The notes: generated from the letters alone by a model not told the origin. A DNA stretch of 61,018 nt from an uncultured Bacilli bacterium (GCA_944358405.1 CALVQX010000036.1:1-61018), one strand, 5' to 3'; shown: positions 35,800-45,341, counted from the stretch's first letter. Numbers and translations are program-made.

Positions 35800-36726
35800 G
35801 TGAGAAAATGTGTAGTTATCATGAACCCTGAAAGCGGAAAAGTAAAAAAATTAGATAATAAAAAAGATTTCTATGACGTATTAAGAAAATATGGCTATGA
35901 TGCAGAAATAAAATATACAAAACATAAAGGGAATGCGATTGAAATCGTAAATAATTTAGAAAATGATATTGATCTAGTCATTAGTGCTGGAGGAGATGGA
36001 ACATTAAATGAAGTGGTGACTGGAAATAGTTTACGCAAAAAAAAATTGACACTTGCAAATCTTCCAATGGGGACAACAAATGATGTTGCTAATATGTATG
36101 GTTACACAAAAAATTACTTAAAAAACTTAGAATTATTATTAAGTGGCAAAGAAAAGAAAATCGATGTATGTTATATTAACAATACACCATTTATTTACGT
36201 TGCCTGCTTAGGAGATTATATTGACATGGCATATAATACACCTAGAGAATTAAAAAAGAAATATGGTAAGATTGCCTATATTCTATATGGACTAAAACAA
36301 TTGAGAAATAAAATTAATACTTATGATGTTAAATATAAAATTGATGGGGAAGTATTTCATGGTAGATATTCCTTCTTCTTTATTACCAATTCTTCAAGAA
36401 TAGCAGGACTAAATGATGTATACGATGATATTAAACTAGATGATAATATGTTTGAAGTAGCCTTTGCTGATATCAAAAACAAAAAAGATATGTTGAAAAT
36501 GTTTTTTCTAATTAATAATATGGATGTAAAAGAGATTCCTGGAATTACTTATCATCAAGCCAATAACTTAGAAATAGAATTTCTAAACGGCCCTAAAACT
36601 TCATGGTGTATTGATGGAGAAGAGTATAACTCTCCCCAAACTCATTTTATAATTAGAGTAAAACAAGAAATGAAAATGAAAAAAAAAAAAAAAAATATAA
36701 AAAAGCTCTTTGAATCAGAAAAGTAG
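35800..36726 (+). CDS. diacylglycerol/lipid kinase family protein (DagK/YegS-like)
   Basis: GTG start after AAAGGGAG. Motifs: VIMNPESGK...SAGGDGTLNEV...LPMGTTNDVA. An A16 tract lies near the 3' end. Confidence 0.85.
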   Translation: MRKCVVIMNPESGKVKKLDNKKDFYDVLRKYGYDAEIKYTKHKGNAIEIVNNLENDIDLVISAGGDGTLNEVVTGNSLRKKKLTLANLPMGTTNDVANMYGYTKNYLKNLELLLSGKEKKIDVCYINNTPFIYVACLGDYIDMAYNTPRELKKKYGKIAYILYGLKQLRNKINTYDVKYKIDGEVFHGRYSFFFITNSSRIAGLNDVYDDIKLDDNMFEVAFADIKNKKDMLKMFFLINNMDVKEIPGITYHQANNLEIEFLNGPKTSWCIDGEEYNSPQTHFIIRVKQEMKMKKKKKNIKKLFESEK

Positions 36727-36734
36727 GAGGTAAT

Positions 36735-37532
36735 ATGAAAAAAGAAATTCACGAATATATCCCGCAGAAAAAATCGACTTTAACAGTATATTTTATCTTA
36801 CGATTTTTAGTAATCGTTTGTATGGTAGCTCAAAGTATGAGAGGAAATTGGAATAATGTTTTTATGTGTTTTCTTACTTTGATCTTATTTACAATTCCAA
36901 CGATTGCTTCAAGAAAATTAAATATCAAATTACCATCTACACTAGAAATTATTGTTTATTTATTCATTTTTTCAGCAGAAATTCTAGGAGAAATCCAAAA
37001 TTTTTATGGAATATTTCATCATTGGGATACAATGCTACATACCTTAAATGGCTTTCTTTGTGCAGCAATAGGCTTTTCATTAATTGATATTTTAAATAGA
37101 ACAGAGAAGTTTCATATCAAAATGACTCCTGCTTTTGTAGCTTTAGTATCTTTTTGCTTTTCTATGACGATTGGTGTATTATGGGAATTTGGCGAGTTTG
37201 CTATGGATCGCTACTTTCTAAAAGATACACAAAAAGATCGGATTGTTCAGACGATTTCTTCTGTAGAATTAAATGAAAACAAAGAAAATGTCCCAGTAAT
37301 TATAGAAAATATTAATCAAACAAAAATATATAGTGATAATAATAGCAAAGTAACAACGATCGAAGGTGGATATTTAGATCTTGGAATTATCGACACGATG
37401 AAAGATCTATTTGTGAATTTCATTGGTGCTGTTGTCTTTTCTATTCTAGGACTACTTTATATTAAAGATCGTGACGAGTATAAATTTGCAGAAAGATTTA
37501 TTCCTATTTTAAGGAAATTAAAAGAAGAATAA
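36735..37532 (+). CDS. polytopic membrane protein of unknown function (possibly YjdF/DUF2238-like)
   Basis: 265 aa with about 6 TM helices. RBS GTAGGAGG. The family guess is weak. Confidence 0.7.
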   Translation: MKKEIHEYIPQKKSTLTVYFILRFLVIVCMVAQSMRGNWNNVFMCFLTLILFTIPTIASRKLNIKLPSTLEIIVYLFIFSAEILGEIQNFYGIFHHWDTMLHTLNGFLCAAIGFSLIDILNRTEKFHIKMTPAFVALVSFCFSMTIGVLWEFGEFAMDRYFLKDTQKDRIVQTISSVELNENKENVPVIIENINQTKIYSDNNSKVTTIEGGYLDLGIIDTMKDLFVNFIGAVVFSILGLLYIKDRDEYKFAERFIPILRKLKEE

Positions 37533-37541
37533 GGTAATTAT

Positions 37542-37566
37542 AAGATCAAATAAAGATCTTTTTTCT
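37542..37566 (+). terminator. short hairpin plus T-run
   Basis: AAGATC-AAATAAA-GATCTT followed by TTTTC. Confidence 0.4.
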
Positions 37567-37612
37567 TTTCTTAAAATATGCTATGATAATAAGAGAATAA
37601 TAAGGAGTAAAT

Positions 37613-38287
37613 ATGAAAAGAATAAAGAAAAAGCAACCAGTGAATAAAATTCATGGAAAGAAAAAAGAAAAGAAAATCATCTTTAAATTAGCATTATGTT
37701 GTTTTTATTTAATCGTAATGACCATTCTATTTGTATGTGCTTATCAGCTTTATCATCAAAAACAAGAAATCGTTCCTTGGGAAGAAGCAGAAAGTGTGGA
37801 CGACTATGCTTATATCAATGTGTCTAAAATGTCAGAGACATTTGCTTATTACACAGATACGAAAACAAACGTAAAAAAGCAAATTCATTTTGTAATTGAA
37901 CAAGAAAATACAGGACTTTGGCATACCTATCTAATCGCAATCGATGAGAAGGACTACGATAAATATAAGGATATTATCGACTATACTTACGAAAGAACAG
38001 ATCAAGTACCAAATGCCGTTCAAGTATATGGTTATCCAGTAATTATCGATGAAGAATTAAAAAAAACCGCAATTGCCAATATCAAAAATTTCGTTCCTGC
38101 TGAAAATGAAGTTACTATTACAGAAGAAAACTTTGAACAATATTTAACAAATAGTTATTTAGACACGACAATAGAGCAAAGAGATGATTTTAATATTCCT
38201 TTATTTCTTGTATTAATGATCATGCTAGCGATGTTTTTTCTAATGATATATACAATCTTTGATAAAAAAGAAAAGAAACCTAGATAG
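37613..38287 (+). CDS. bitopic membrane protein of unknown function (N- and C-terminal TM helices)
   Basis: 224 aa. RBS AAGGAG. TM helices LALCCFYLIVMTILFVCAY and IPLFLVLMIMLAMFFLMIYTI. Confidence 0.7.
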   Translation: MKRIKKKQPVNKIHGKKKEKKIIFKLALCCFYLIVMTILFVCAYQLYHQKQEIVPWEEAESVDDYAYINVSKMSETFAYYTDTKTNVKKQIHFVIEQENTGLWHTYLIAIDEKDYDKYKDIIDYTYERTDQVPNAVQVYGYPVIIDEELKKTAIANIKNFVPAENEVTITEENFEQYLTNSYLDTTIEQRDDFNIPLFLVLMIMLAMFFLMIYTIFDKKEKKPR

Positions 38288-38297
38288 GAGAGATAAA

Positions 38298-39536
38298 ATG
38301 AAATTTCAAGAAATTACTGAAAAAGAATATCAAGAATATTGGCAGACTCATCCGCTAAAAACTTTTTTATCCGCAATAGAAATTGGAAAATTGCGCAAGA
38401 AATCAAATTGGCAGGTATCTTATGTAGGAGTGAAAAAAGGTCATAAACTAGTAGGAGCAGCAATGCTTCTAAGCCATAAAAGACATTGGAATCGTTATGA
38501 ATTCTACAGCCCTAGAGGATATTTGATCGACTTTAAAAATAAGGAATTGCTAGATTTTTTTACAAAAGAGTTAAAAAAATATATCCAAGAAAAAAAAGGC
38601 TATATTCTAAGAATCGATCCTTATGTTATTTATAAAGAAAGAGATATTGATGGAAATATTGTAGAAGGAGGAGAAGATAATTCAGATGTAGTAGAAAATC
38701 TGATGAACCTTGGTTTCAAAAGAGTTAAAACTTCTGAAATGGAACAAGTAGGGTGGATGTTTTCTCTAGGTTTAGAAGGAAAAACGGAAAAAGAAATTTT
38801 AAAGGAAATGAAACCGAATACTAGAAATACAATTCATAAAGCAGAAAAATTCGGAATCATGATGAAAGAATTGTCATATGAAGAGTTAGACCGCTTTCAA
38901 AATATCATGGAAGAAACAGGGCAGAGAAAAGGATTCTCTGTAAGAAAATTAACTTATTTTCAAGATATGTATCGCTTATTTCATGATAAAGGAGAAATCA
39001 AATATTATATTACAGAATTAAATTTAAAAGAATATATTTCTCGTTTAAATGAAGAAAAAAAAGAAAAAGAAATGAAAATAGAGAATTTAAGTGATGCCAA
39101 GTATAATGAAGGTCAAAAGAAAAACTTAGAAAATGAACTAGCATCGATCGAAAAAAGAATCAAAGAAGCAGAAGAAATTAAAAAGGATGCTAAAAAAGAT
39201 ATTATTACTTTGTCTGGTTCGATGTTTATGTTAATTCAGCCAGAGATTATCTATTTATCTAGTGGAAATTATGAAGAATATATGAAGTTTAATTCCCAAT
39301 ATTTAATTCAATGGGAAATGATTAAATATGGCCTAAAGAATGATTTTAAAAAGCACAATTTCTATGGGATTCCTGAAAATATTAATACTCATCCCAAAGA
39401 TTATGGAATTTATGAATTCAAAAGAGGATTTGGTGGATATGTAGAAGAATTAATTGGCGAATATGAATTACCATTAAGTTGGCATTATTACGTTCTAAAA
39501 TTTCTACATCACATGAAAGAAGGGAAAAAGAAATGA
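38298..39536 (+). CDS. FemAB-family peptidoglycan interpeptide-bridge aminoacyltransferase
   Basis: The ATG at 38298 follows TAGGAGAG. FLQS-type N-terminus (EYQEYWQTHPLKTFLSAIEIGKLRK), a coiled-coil insert (LNEEKKEKEMKIENL...) and the C-terminal motif GIYEFKRGFGG. Confidence 0.85.
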   Translation: MKFQEITEKEYQEYWQTHPLKTFLSAIEIGKLRKKSNWQVSYVGVKKGHKLVGAAMLLSHKRHWNRYEFYSPRGYLIDFKNKELLDFFTKELKKYIQEKKGYILRIDPYVIYKERDIDGNIVEGGEDNSDVVENLMNLGFKRVKTSEMEQVGWMFSLGLEGKTEKEILKEMKPNTRNTIHKAEKFGIMMKELSYEELDRFQNIMEETGQRKGFSVRKLTYFQDMYRLFHDKGEIKYYITELNLKEYISRLNEEKKEKEMKIENLSDAKYNEGQKKNLENELASIEKRIKEAEEIKKDAKKDIITLSGSMFMLIQPEIIYLSSGNYEEYMKFNSQYLIQWEMIKYGLKNDFKKHNFYGIPENINTHPKDYGIYEFKRGFGGYVEELIGEYELPLSWHYYVLKFLHHMKEGKKK

Positions 39537-39793
39537 AATACACATATCAAACAAAAGGAACTTGTTCTACAAAAATAGAATTCGAAATTGAAAATGATAG
39601 AATTCATGATGTAAAATATACTGGTGGTTGCAATGGAAACCTAAAAGCAATCTCCAAATTAGTAGAAGGAGAAAAAGTTGAAGATATTATTTCAAAACTA
39701 AAAGGAGTTGAATGTGGTAACAAAAAAACATCTTGTGCCGATCAACTAGCCAAAGCCTTAGAAACAATCACAGAAAAAAGTATAGGTGCCTAA
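39533..39793 (+). CDS. small Cys-rich TSCPD-like protein (TIGR03905-type as I recall)
   Basis: The ATG at 39533 forms an ATGA overlap with the FemAB stop codon. MKYTYQTKGTCSTKIEFEIENDRIHDVKYTGGCNGNLKAISKLVEG...GVECGNKKTSCADQLAKAL has four conserved Cys residues. Confidence 0.7.
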   Translation: MKYTYQTKGTCSTKIEFEIENDRIHDVKYTGGCNGNLKAISKLVEGEKVEDIISKLKGVECGNKKTSCADQLAKALETITEKSIGA

Positions 39794-39810
39794 AATTTTA
39801 GGCACTTTCT
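39786..39810 (+). terminator. terminator overlapping the stop codon
   Basis: Perfect palindrome GTGCCTAAAATTTTAGGCAC at 39786-39805, followed by TTTCT. Confidence 0.55.
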
Positions 39811-39930
39811 CTATAAATAATATAAAAGAAAAAATAAAAAAATGTAAATTTCTTCTAATAAAGGAATTTTCTATTAGGAATTCCTTTAAAAAAAATAAAT
39901 ATAGGCTATAATATCAATAGAGGTTGAATT

Positions 39931-42444
39931 ATGAAGAAATTAAAAAGCATAGATAAAAATTATCTTTTTATTATTATTTTTTGCTTCATTTTATTATTTT
40001 TAGTAATTCCAGAAAACTATGTTTTTGGATCTAAAGTAGATTGGGTCAGTCAACATATTGTTTTTCCAGATTACTTTCGTAAATTATTTTATAAAACAGG
40101 AAATTTATTTCCTAATTTTGCTTTATCTATTGGAGCAGGTCAAAATATATATAACTTTTCATATTATGGACTTTTAAATCCATTAATCTTATTATCCTAT
40201 TTATTTCCTATGGTCAGTATGAAAGACTATATTATTTTTCTAAATCAGCTATTATATATCATCTATGGATTGATTTTATACTGTTTTTTAAAAACGAAAA
40301 CCACCAAAAGTTCAGCTCTAATAACAACCCTAATTTTAGTTATGGCATCTCCCGTATTATTCCATTTCCATAAACATTTTATGTTTGTAAATTATCTGCC
40401 CTTTCTAATATTAGCTTTGATTGGAGTAGATCATTTCTTTCAAAAACAAAAGCGACTATTATTAGTATTTAGCACCTTTATGATTATCATGACGAGTTAT
40501 TACTATAGCATCTGTTGTATTGGTATGATCAGTATCTATGCTTTTTATTGTTATTTACAAGAAAATGAAAAAATCGAATGGAAAAAAATGCTAAAAAAGG
40601 CATTACAATTTTTACTTGCTATTATCATCGGAATAGGAATGTCTGCTATTTTAATTCTGCCTACCTTTTATGTATTAAAAACAGGGAGAACATCGAACGC
40701 AAATCCAATAGATTGGATGGAATTGTTACTACCAACATTGAATTTAGATGGACTACTTTACGGTACATATAGTGCTGGCTTAACTTTTATTTCTCTACTA
40801 GGAATTCTAATTGGAATCCAATCCCAGAAAAAAGAAAAGAAGTTCCTATCTTTGATGATTCTCCTAATAGTAAGTATTCCCTTATTTATTTATGCTTTAA
40901 ATGGTGGTTTATATGTCAGAAATAAGATTTTAATCCCCATAATTCCATTAATTGGTATCATATTATGTCAATTTATAGAAAAACTACAAAAAAAAGAAAT
41001 CTCCCTCTTAAAAATTACTATTATTGTAATAATTACTGTAGCAGTATCAAGTGCTTCTCACTATTTAAATCCAGCCTTTTATCTAGATGCATTTTTCATC
41101 GTGCTAATCATTGCCTTATATTATAAAAATAAGATAAATAAAAAAGCACTAGCAACCACAATTTTATTAGTACCATTAATCACTCTTTTTATTGCTAATA
41201 GTACAGAACTTTATATGAATGAAAAAAACTTAAGTGAAAAGGAAAATAAAAAAGTAACAGAAGCAATCACAGAGACCTTACAACAAGAAAAAAACTTAAC
41301 AAGATTCAATCATTTAAGTAACGATCTAAAAAATGTAAATGAAGTTTATATTACGGAATATAATCAAGATTCTCTATATTCCTCAGTATCTAATCCACTA
41401 TATAAAAATTTCTACGAAAATATATTTCACAATGCCTTATCTTATCGAAATAACTTAGTTTTAGCACAAAATAATGACATATTATTTCAAACATTTATGG
41501 GCGTAAAATATATTTATTCAGAAACAGAAGTTCCAGTAGGATATCAAAAAATAGGAAAAAATCTTTATCAAAACAATAATGTATTACCAATGATTTATGG
41601 AACAGATCAAGTATTAAATGAAAAAGAATTTGATGGGCTACTTTATCCATATAATGTAGGTGCTTTACTAGATAATGCCATAACAACAGGAAAAACAACC
41701 ACAAAGATTCATAAAAATAGCATAAACAAAGTATCATTAGAATATGAAATTACGGATCAAAAAAACATAGAAATAAAAAGAAGAGATGAGTATTTAAGAG
41801 TAAAGAGTACCGGAGAAGAAAAGGGAAGTTTAACCCTAAAATTAAAAGAACCTATAAAAGATAAAATATTGATTATAAATATTGAGATAATCAATAGATC
41901 GAATTGCCGAGATGGAGATTTAAGAATCAATATAAATGGAATAGATAATGTTCTAACCTGCAAGCAATGGATATATAAAAATGATAATACTACCTTTCAC
42001 TATGTCATTTCTAGTAATGAAGAAATAGACAAACTAAAAATAAAATGGAACCAAGGTACTTATAAAATCAAAAATATAGAAACGTATCAATTAGACTATT
42101 CTGATCTAGCAGATATAAAAGAAGGATTATCAGAATTTAAAGCAGATTTAAAAAATACCAAAGGAGATCAAATTATTGGAAAAATAAATATGAAATCCAC
42201 AGGATATTTAGTAACAAGCATTCCATATGATAAAGGATTTAAAGTATATGTGGATAATAAGCGGGTTCAAACAGAAATTGTAAACAAAGCATTTTTAGGA
42301 TTAAAATTAGAAAAAGGATCCCACCAAATTAAAATCATATATCAATCCCCTTGGTTTAACGAAGGAAAATGGATAAGCATCCTTAGTTGTCTAGGCTTAG
42401 TTTTGCTAGTATGGAAGGATAGAAGAAAAGAAAAGCAAAGATAA
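39931..42444 (+). CDS. YfhO-family polytopic membrane protein (extracytoplasmic glycosylation of teichoic acid or polysaccharide)
   Basis: 837 aa. About 13 N-terminal TM helices are followed by a large extracellular domain and a final C-terminal TM helix (WISILSCLGLVLLVW). Size and architecture are typical of YfhO. Confidence 0.75.
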   Translation: MKKLKSIDKNYLFIIIFCFILLFLVIPENYVFGSKVDWVSQHIVFPDYFRKLFYKTGNLFPNFALSIGAGQNIYNFSYYGLLNPLILLSYLFPMVSMKDYIIFLNQLLYIIYGLILYCFLKTKTTKSSALITTLILVMASPVLFHFHKHFMFVNYLPFLILALIGVDHFFQKQKRLLLVFSTFMIIMTSYYYSICCIGMISIYAFYCYLQENEKIEWKKMLKKALQFLLAIIIGIGMSAILILPTFYVLKTGRTSNANPIDWMELLLPTLNLDGLLYGTYSAGLTFISLLGILIGIQSQKKEKKFLSLMILLIVSIPLFIYALNGGLYVRNKILIPIIPLIGIILCQFIEKLQKKEISLLKITIIVIITVAVSSASHYLNPAFYLDAFFIVLIIALYYKNKINKKALATTILLVPLITLFIANSTELYMNEKNLSEKENKKVTEAITETLQQEKNLTRFNHLSNDLKNVNEVYITEYNQDSLYSSVSNPLYKNFYENIFHNALSYRNNLVLAQNNDILFQTFMGVKYIYSETEVPVGYQKIGKNLYQNNNVLPMIYGTDQVLNEKEFDGLLYPYNVGALLDNAITTGKTTTKIHKNSINKVSLEYEITDQKNIEIKRRDEYLRVKSTGEEKGSLTLKLKEPIKDKILIINIEIINRSNCRDGDLRININGIDNVLTCKQWIYKNDNTTFHYVISSNEEIDKLKIKWNQGTYKIKNIETYQLDYSDLADIKEGLSEFKADLKNTKGDQIIGKINMKSTGYLVTSIPYDKGFKVYVDNKRVQTEIVNKAFLGLKLEKGSHQIKIIYQSPWFNEGKWISILSCLGLVLLVWKDRRKEKQR

Positions 42445-42481
42445 CTTTTCTTTTCTTCTTAGATAAAAAGGAGAAAAGAAA

Positions 42482-42997
42482 ATGAAAGAAATAGAAGAAT
42501 TTTATAATAAAATAAAAAAAATTCAATATGGTTGGTATGATAAGAATAAAATATTACATGAAAGAATTAAAGATGGTAATTTTAAAAAAGATTATCAAAT
42601 GCAAAGTATAGAAGAAATAATAACAAATAATCATGCTATTTGTTGGGAAATGTGTGAATTGGAGAGATCTTTTTTTGAGAAAAATAAAATACCTCACAAA
42701 GTAATTTTAGCAAGTTTAAAAAGAAAAAAGAGATATTGCTGTCATACTTTTGTGATCTTCCAAGAGAAAGAATCCTGGTATTGGTTAGAAGCATCTTGGA
42801 AAAACAAAGAAGGAATTCACAAATTTGCATCAGAAACAGAAATTTTAGAATATATAAGAAATCATTTTCAAGACTTTGCTAAGGAAGAATATGATCCGAA
42901 GAAAATAAAGTTTTATCAATATCAAAAGCCAAAACCAAAATGCAATGCCAATGAATTTTATTTCTATTGTTTTTTCAAAGGAAAGAAAATAAAGTAA
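42482..42997 (+). CDS. small cytoplasmic protein, possible transglutaminase-like/papain-fold Cys-His enzyme
   Basis: 171 aa. AICWEMCELERSFF...CCHTFVIF...WYWLEASW gives a C...H...E/D spacing like transglutaminase-like cores. The assignment is weak. Confidence 0.6.
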   Translation: MKEIEEFYNKIKKIQYGWYDKNKILHERIKDGNFKKDYQMQSIEEIITNNHAICWEMCELERSFFEKNKIPHKVILASLKRKKRYCCHTFVIFQEKESWYWLEASWKNKEGIHKFASETEILEYIRNHFQDFAKEEYDPKKIKFYQYQKPKPKCNANEFYFYCFFKGKKIK

Positions 42998-43031
42998 ATT
43001 CTTCTTGACAAAGATCAGCAAATATAATAAC

Positions 43032-43057
43032 ATGAATATATGAACAATTATTCATAT
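43032..43057 (+). promoter_or_regulatory. inverted repeat, candidate ArsR/CadC operator
   Basis: ATGAATA (43032-43038) and TATTCAT (43049-43055) form an inverted repeat, overlapped by ATATGAA/TTCATAT. It lies 15 nt upstream of the ArsR-family gene start. Confidence 0.4.
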
Positions 43058-43069
43058 AAAGGAGAATTT

Positions 43070-43366
43070 ATGAAATTACATAGTAAAGAATTATTATATG
43101 GCTTAAGTGAATTTTATAAAATATTTGCCGATCAAACAAGACTTCGTATTTTGGATGCCTTACTAAATAAGCCTATGTGTGTAGGTGAAATTAGTGATGT
43201 ACTAAATGTTAGTCAATCCGCCATTTCTCATCAATTAAAGAATTTACGGTCTTCTAACTTAGTAAAAACAGAAAAAATTGGGAAGAATGTATATTATAGT
43301 ATTAGTGATGACCATATTAAAATCATATTAAAATATGGTCTAGAACATATTTCGGAGGTAATGTAA
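43070..43366 (+). CDS. ArsR/SmtB-family metal-responsive transcriptional repressor
   Basis: The ATG at 43070 follows AAAGGAGAA. FKIFADQTRLRILDALLNKPMCVGEISDVLNVSQSAISHQLKNLRSSNLV is the winged-HTH signature. Confidence 0.85.
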   Translation: MKLHSKELLYGLSEFYKIFADQTRLRILDALLNKPMCVGEISDVLNVSQSAISHQLKNLRSSNLVKTEKIGKNVYYSISDDHIKIILKYGLEHISEVM

Positions 43367-45189
43367 TGCAAAAGATCTGGAATAAAGATTTGATACGAAT
43401 TTTAATCAGTATTCTATTATTTATACTAGCTTTATTTATTAAAATTAGTCCATATCATCTAATTTTGTTAATACTAAGTTATATAATTATTAGTTATGAA
43501 ATTTACTGGAAAGCATTTAAAAACATAAAAAAGAAAGAAATCTTTGATGAGAACTTCTTAATGATATTAGCAACCATAGGAGCCTTTTTTATTGGTAGTT
43601 ATGAAGAGGCTGTAATGGTTATGTTATTATTTGAAATTGGAGAGTATTTTTCAGATTTGGCTGTGGAAAATAGTAAAAGATCAATTACCAAGTTAATGGA
43701 TTTAAGAAGCGATACAGTAAACTTAAAAACAGAAGATAAAATAGAAGTAGTAGATATTAAAAAAGTGAAAGAAAAGGATATCTTTGTTGTCAAACCAGGA
43801 GAAAAGATTCCATTAGATGGAATTATCATAGATGGCAAAAGTAGTGTAGATACCTCTAGCTTAACAGGAGAAAGTATTCCAAGAACAGTAAGGAAAGAAG
43901 ACCAAGTATTAAGTGGATATGTCAATAAAGATAGTGTATTAACAATAAAGGCAACATCAGTTTATGAGACCTCAACTGCAACTAGAATTATCGAGATGAT
44001 TGAAAATTCAAATGACAAAAAGACCGACACAGAAAAATTTATTACCAAATTTGCTAAAATATATACACCAGTAGTTGTCTTAGGAGCAATTTTATTAGTA
44101 ATCATTCCCGTATTATTAGGGCAAGAGTTTGAGCTATGGTTTCAAAGATCATTAGTATTTTTAGTAACATCCTGTCCTTGTGCGTTGGTAATTTCTGTCC
44201 CATTATCTTATTTCTGTGGAATAGGGAAATCATCTCAAGAAGGAATTCTAATCAAAGGAAGTACGGTATTAGATCAATTAAATTCTCTAAAAACACTAGT
44301 ATTTGATAAAACAGGAACTATCACAGAAGGAGTCTTTGAGGTAACAAAGATTACTCCAATAAAATTAACAGAGGAAGAGCTATTAGAAATAGCGGCATAT
44401 AGTGAAGTATATTCAACTCATCCAATTGCAAAATCAATTCAAAAAAAATATCAAAAAAAGATTGATGAGAAAAAAATTACGAACTATAAAGAAATAAGTG
44501 GAATGGGAATTTCTTGTACTTACCAAAATGAGAAGATTCTAATTGGTAATAAAAAACTAATGGATCAAGAAAAAATCAAAGTAAAAGAAATAGATAGTAT
44601 GGGAACGGTAATCTATCTTAGTAAAAATAAAGAATATCAAGGATATATAGAGATTAGTGATAAAGTTAAAAAGAATAGTTATCGATTAACAGAAGAACTA
44701 AAAGCATTAGGAGATTACCATACTATCATATTGTCTGGAGATAATGAACAAATCGTAAAAAAAGTTGCTAAAGATGTAAAAATAGATGATTATTATTCTT
44801 CGCTTCTTCCTATAGACAAAGTAGAAAAAATAAAAGAATTAAAAAAAGAGGGTACCTTATTATTTGTAGGAGATGGAATAAATGATGCTCCAGCGATGAA
44901 GACAGCAGATATTGGTGTAGCCATGGGAGGAATAGGAAGCGATGCCACAATAGAAGCAAGTAATATGGTTCTAATGCGTGATAATATCGTAAAAATAGCA
45001 GAAGCGATAAAAATTGCCAAAAAAACACAAAATAAAGTTAGATTTAATATTAGCTTTGCCCTAAGTGTAAAATTTGTTATTTTATTATTAGGAATCTTTG
45101 GTATTAGTACAATCTGGATGGCCGTATTTGCCGATGTAGGGGTAACCTTTTTAGCAATATTAAATGCTCTATTAATCATGAGAAAATAA
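43366..45189 (+). CDS. P1B-type heavy-metal (Cd/Zn/Co-type) translocating ATPase without an N-terminal HMA domain
   Basis: TAATG overlap with the ArsR gene. CPC motif (TSCPCALVIS), phosphorylation site DKTGTIT, and the motifs GDGINDAPAM and VAMGGIGSD. Confidence 0.9.
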   Translation: MQKIWNKDLIRILISILLFILALFIKISPYHLILLILSYIIISYEIYWKAFKNIKKKEIFDENFLMILATIGAFFIGSYEEAVMVMLLFEIGEYFSDLAVENSKRSITKLMDLRSDTVNLKTEDKIEVVDIKKVKEKDIFVVKPGEKIPLDGIIIDGKSSVDTSSLTGESIPRTVRKEDQVLSGYVNKDSVLTIKATSVYETSTATRIIEMIENSNDKKTDTEKFITKFAKIYTPVVVLGAILLVIIPVLLGQEFELWFQRSLVFLVTSCPCALVISVPLSYFCGIGKSSQEGILIKGSTVLDQLNSLKTLVFDKTGTITEGVFEVTKITPIKLTEEELLEIAAYSEVYSTHPIAKSIQKKYQKKIDEKKITNYKEISGMGISCTYQNEKILIGNKKLMDQEKIKVKEIDSMGTVIYLSKNKEYQGYIEISDKVKKNSYRLTEELKALGDYHTIILSGDNEQIVKKVAKDVKIDDYYSSLLPIDKVEKIKELKKEGTLLFVGDGINDAPAMKTADIGVAMGGIGSDATIEASNMVLMRDNIVKIAEAIKIAKKTQNKVRFNISFALSVKFVILLLGIFGISTIWMAVFADVGVTFLAILNALLIMRK

Positions 45190-45201
45190 AATATAATTTA
45201 T

Positions 45202-45229
45202 AATAGCTCCTAAAAATAGGAGTTATTTT
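45202..45229 (+). terminator. rho-independent terminator
   Basis: AATAGCTCCTA-AAAA-TAGGAGTTATT with one mismatch, followed by TTAT. Confidence 0.55.
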
Positions 45230-45341
45230 ATATGAAAAAAGAAAAAAACAAAAATCAGAAGAAAGCATGAAGTATCAAAATATTTTATAATAAAATGCAT
45301 ATGCTAGTAAAAATATGGAATTTCATTTTAAGAAAATAACA

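Noticed and set aside
43005-43028. TTGACA (43005-43010) and TATAAT (43023-43028) as the promoter of the ArsR/ATPase operon
   Set aside because: The spacer is only 12 nt, which is incompatible with a sigma-A-type promoter as a pair. The true -10 or -35 partner could not be fixed by eye.
43599-45179. Minus-strand ORFs of 72-128 aa inside the P-type ATPase gene
   Set aside because: They are antisense to a gene with a complete set of P1B-ATPase motifs and have no independent support.
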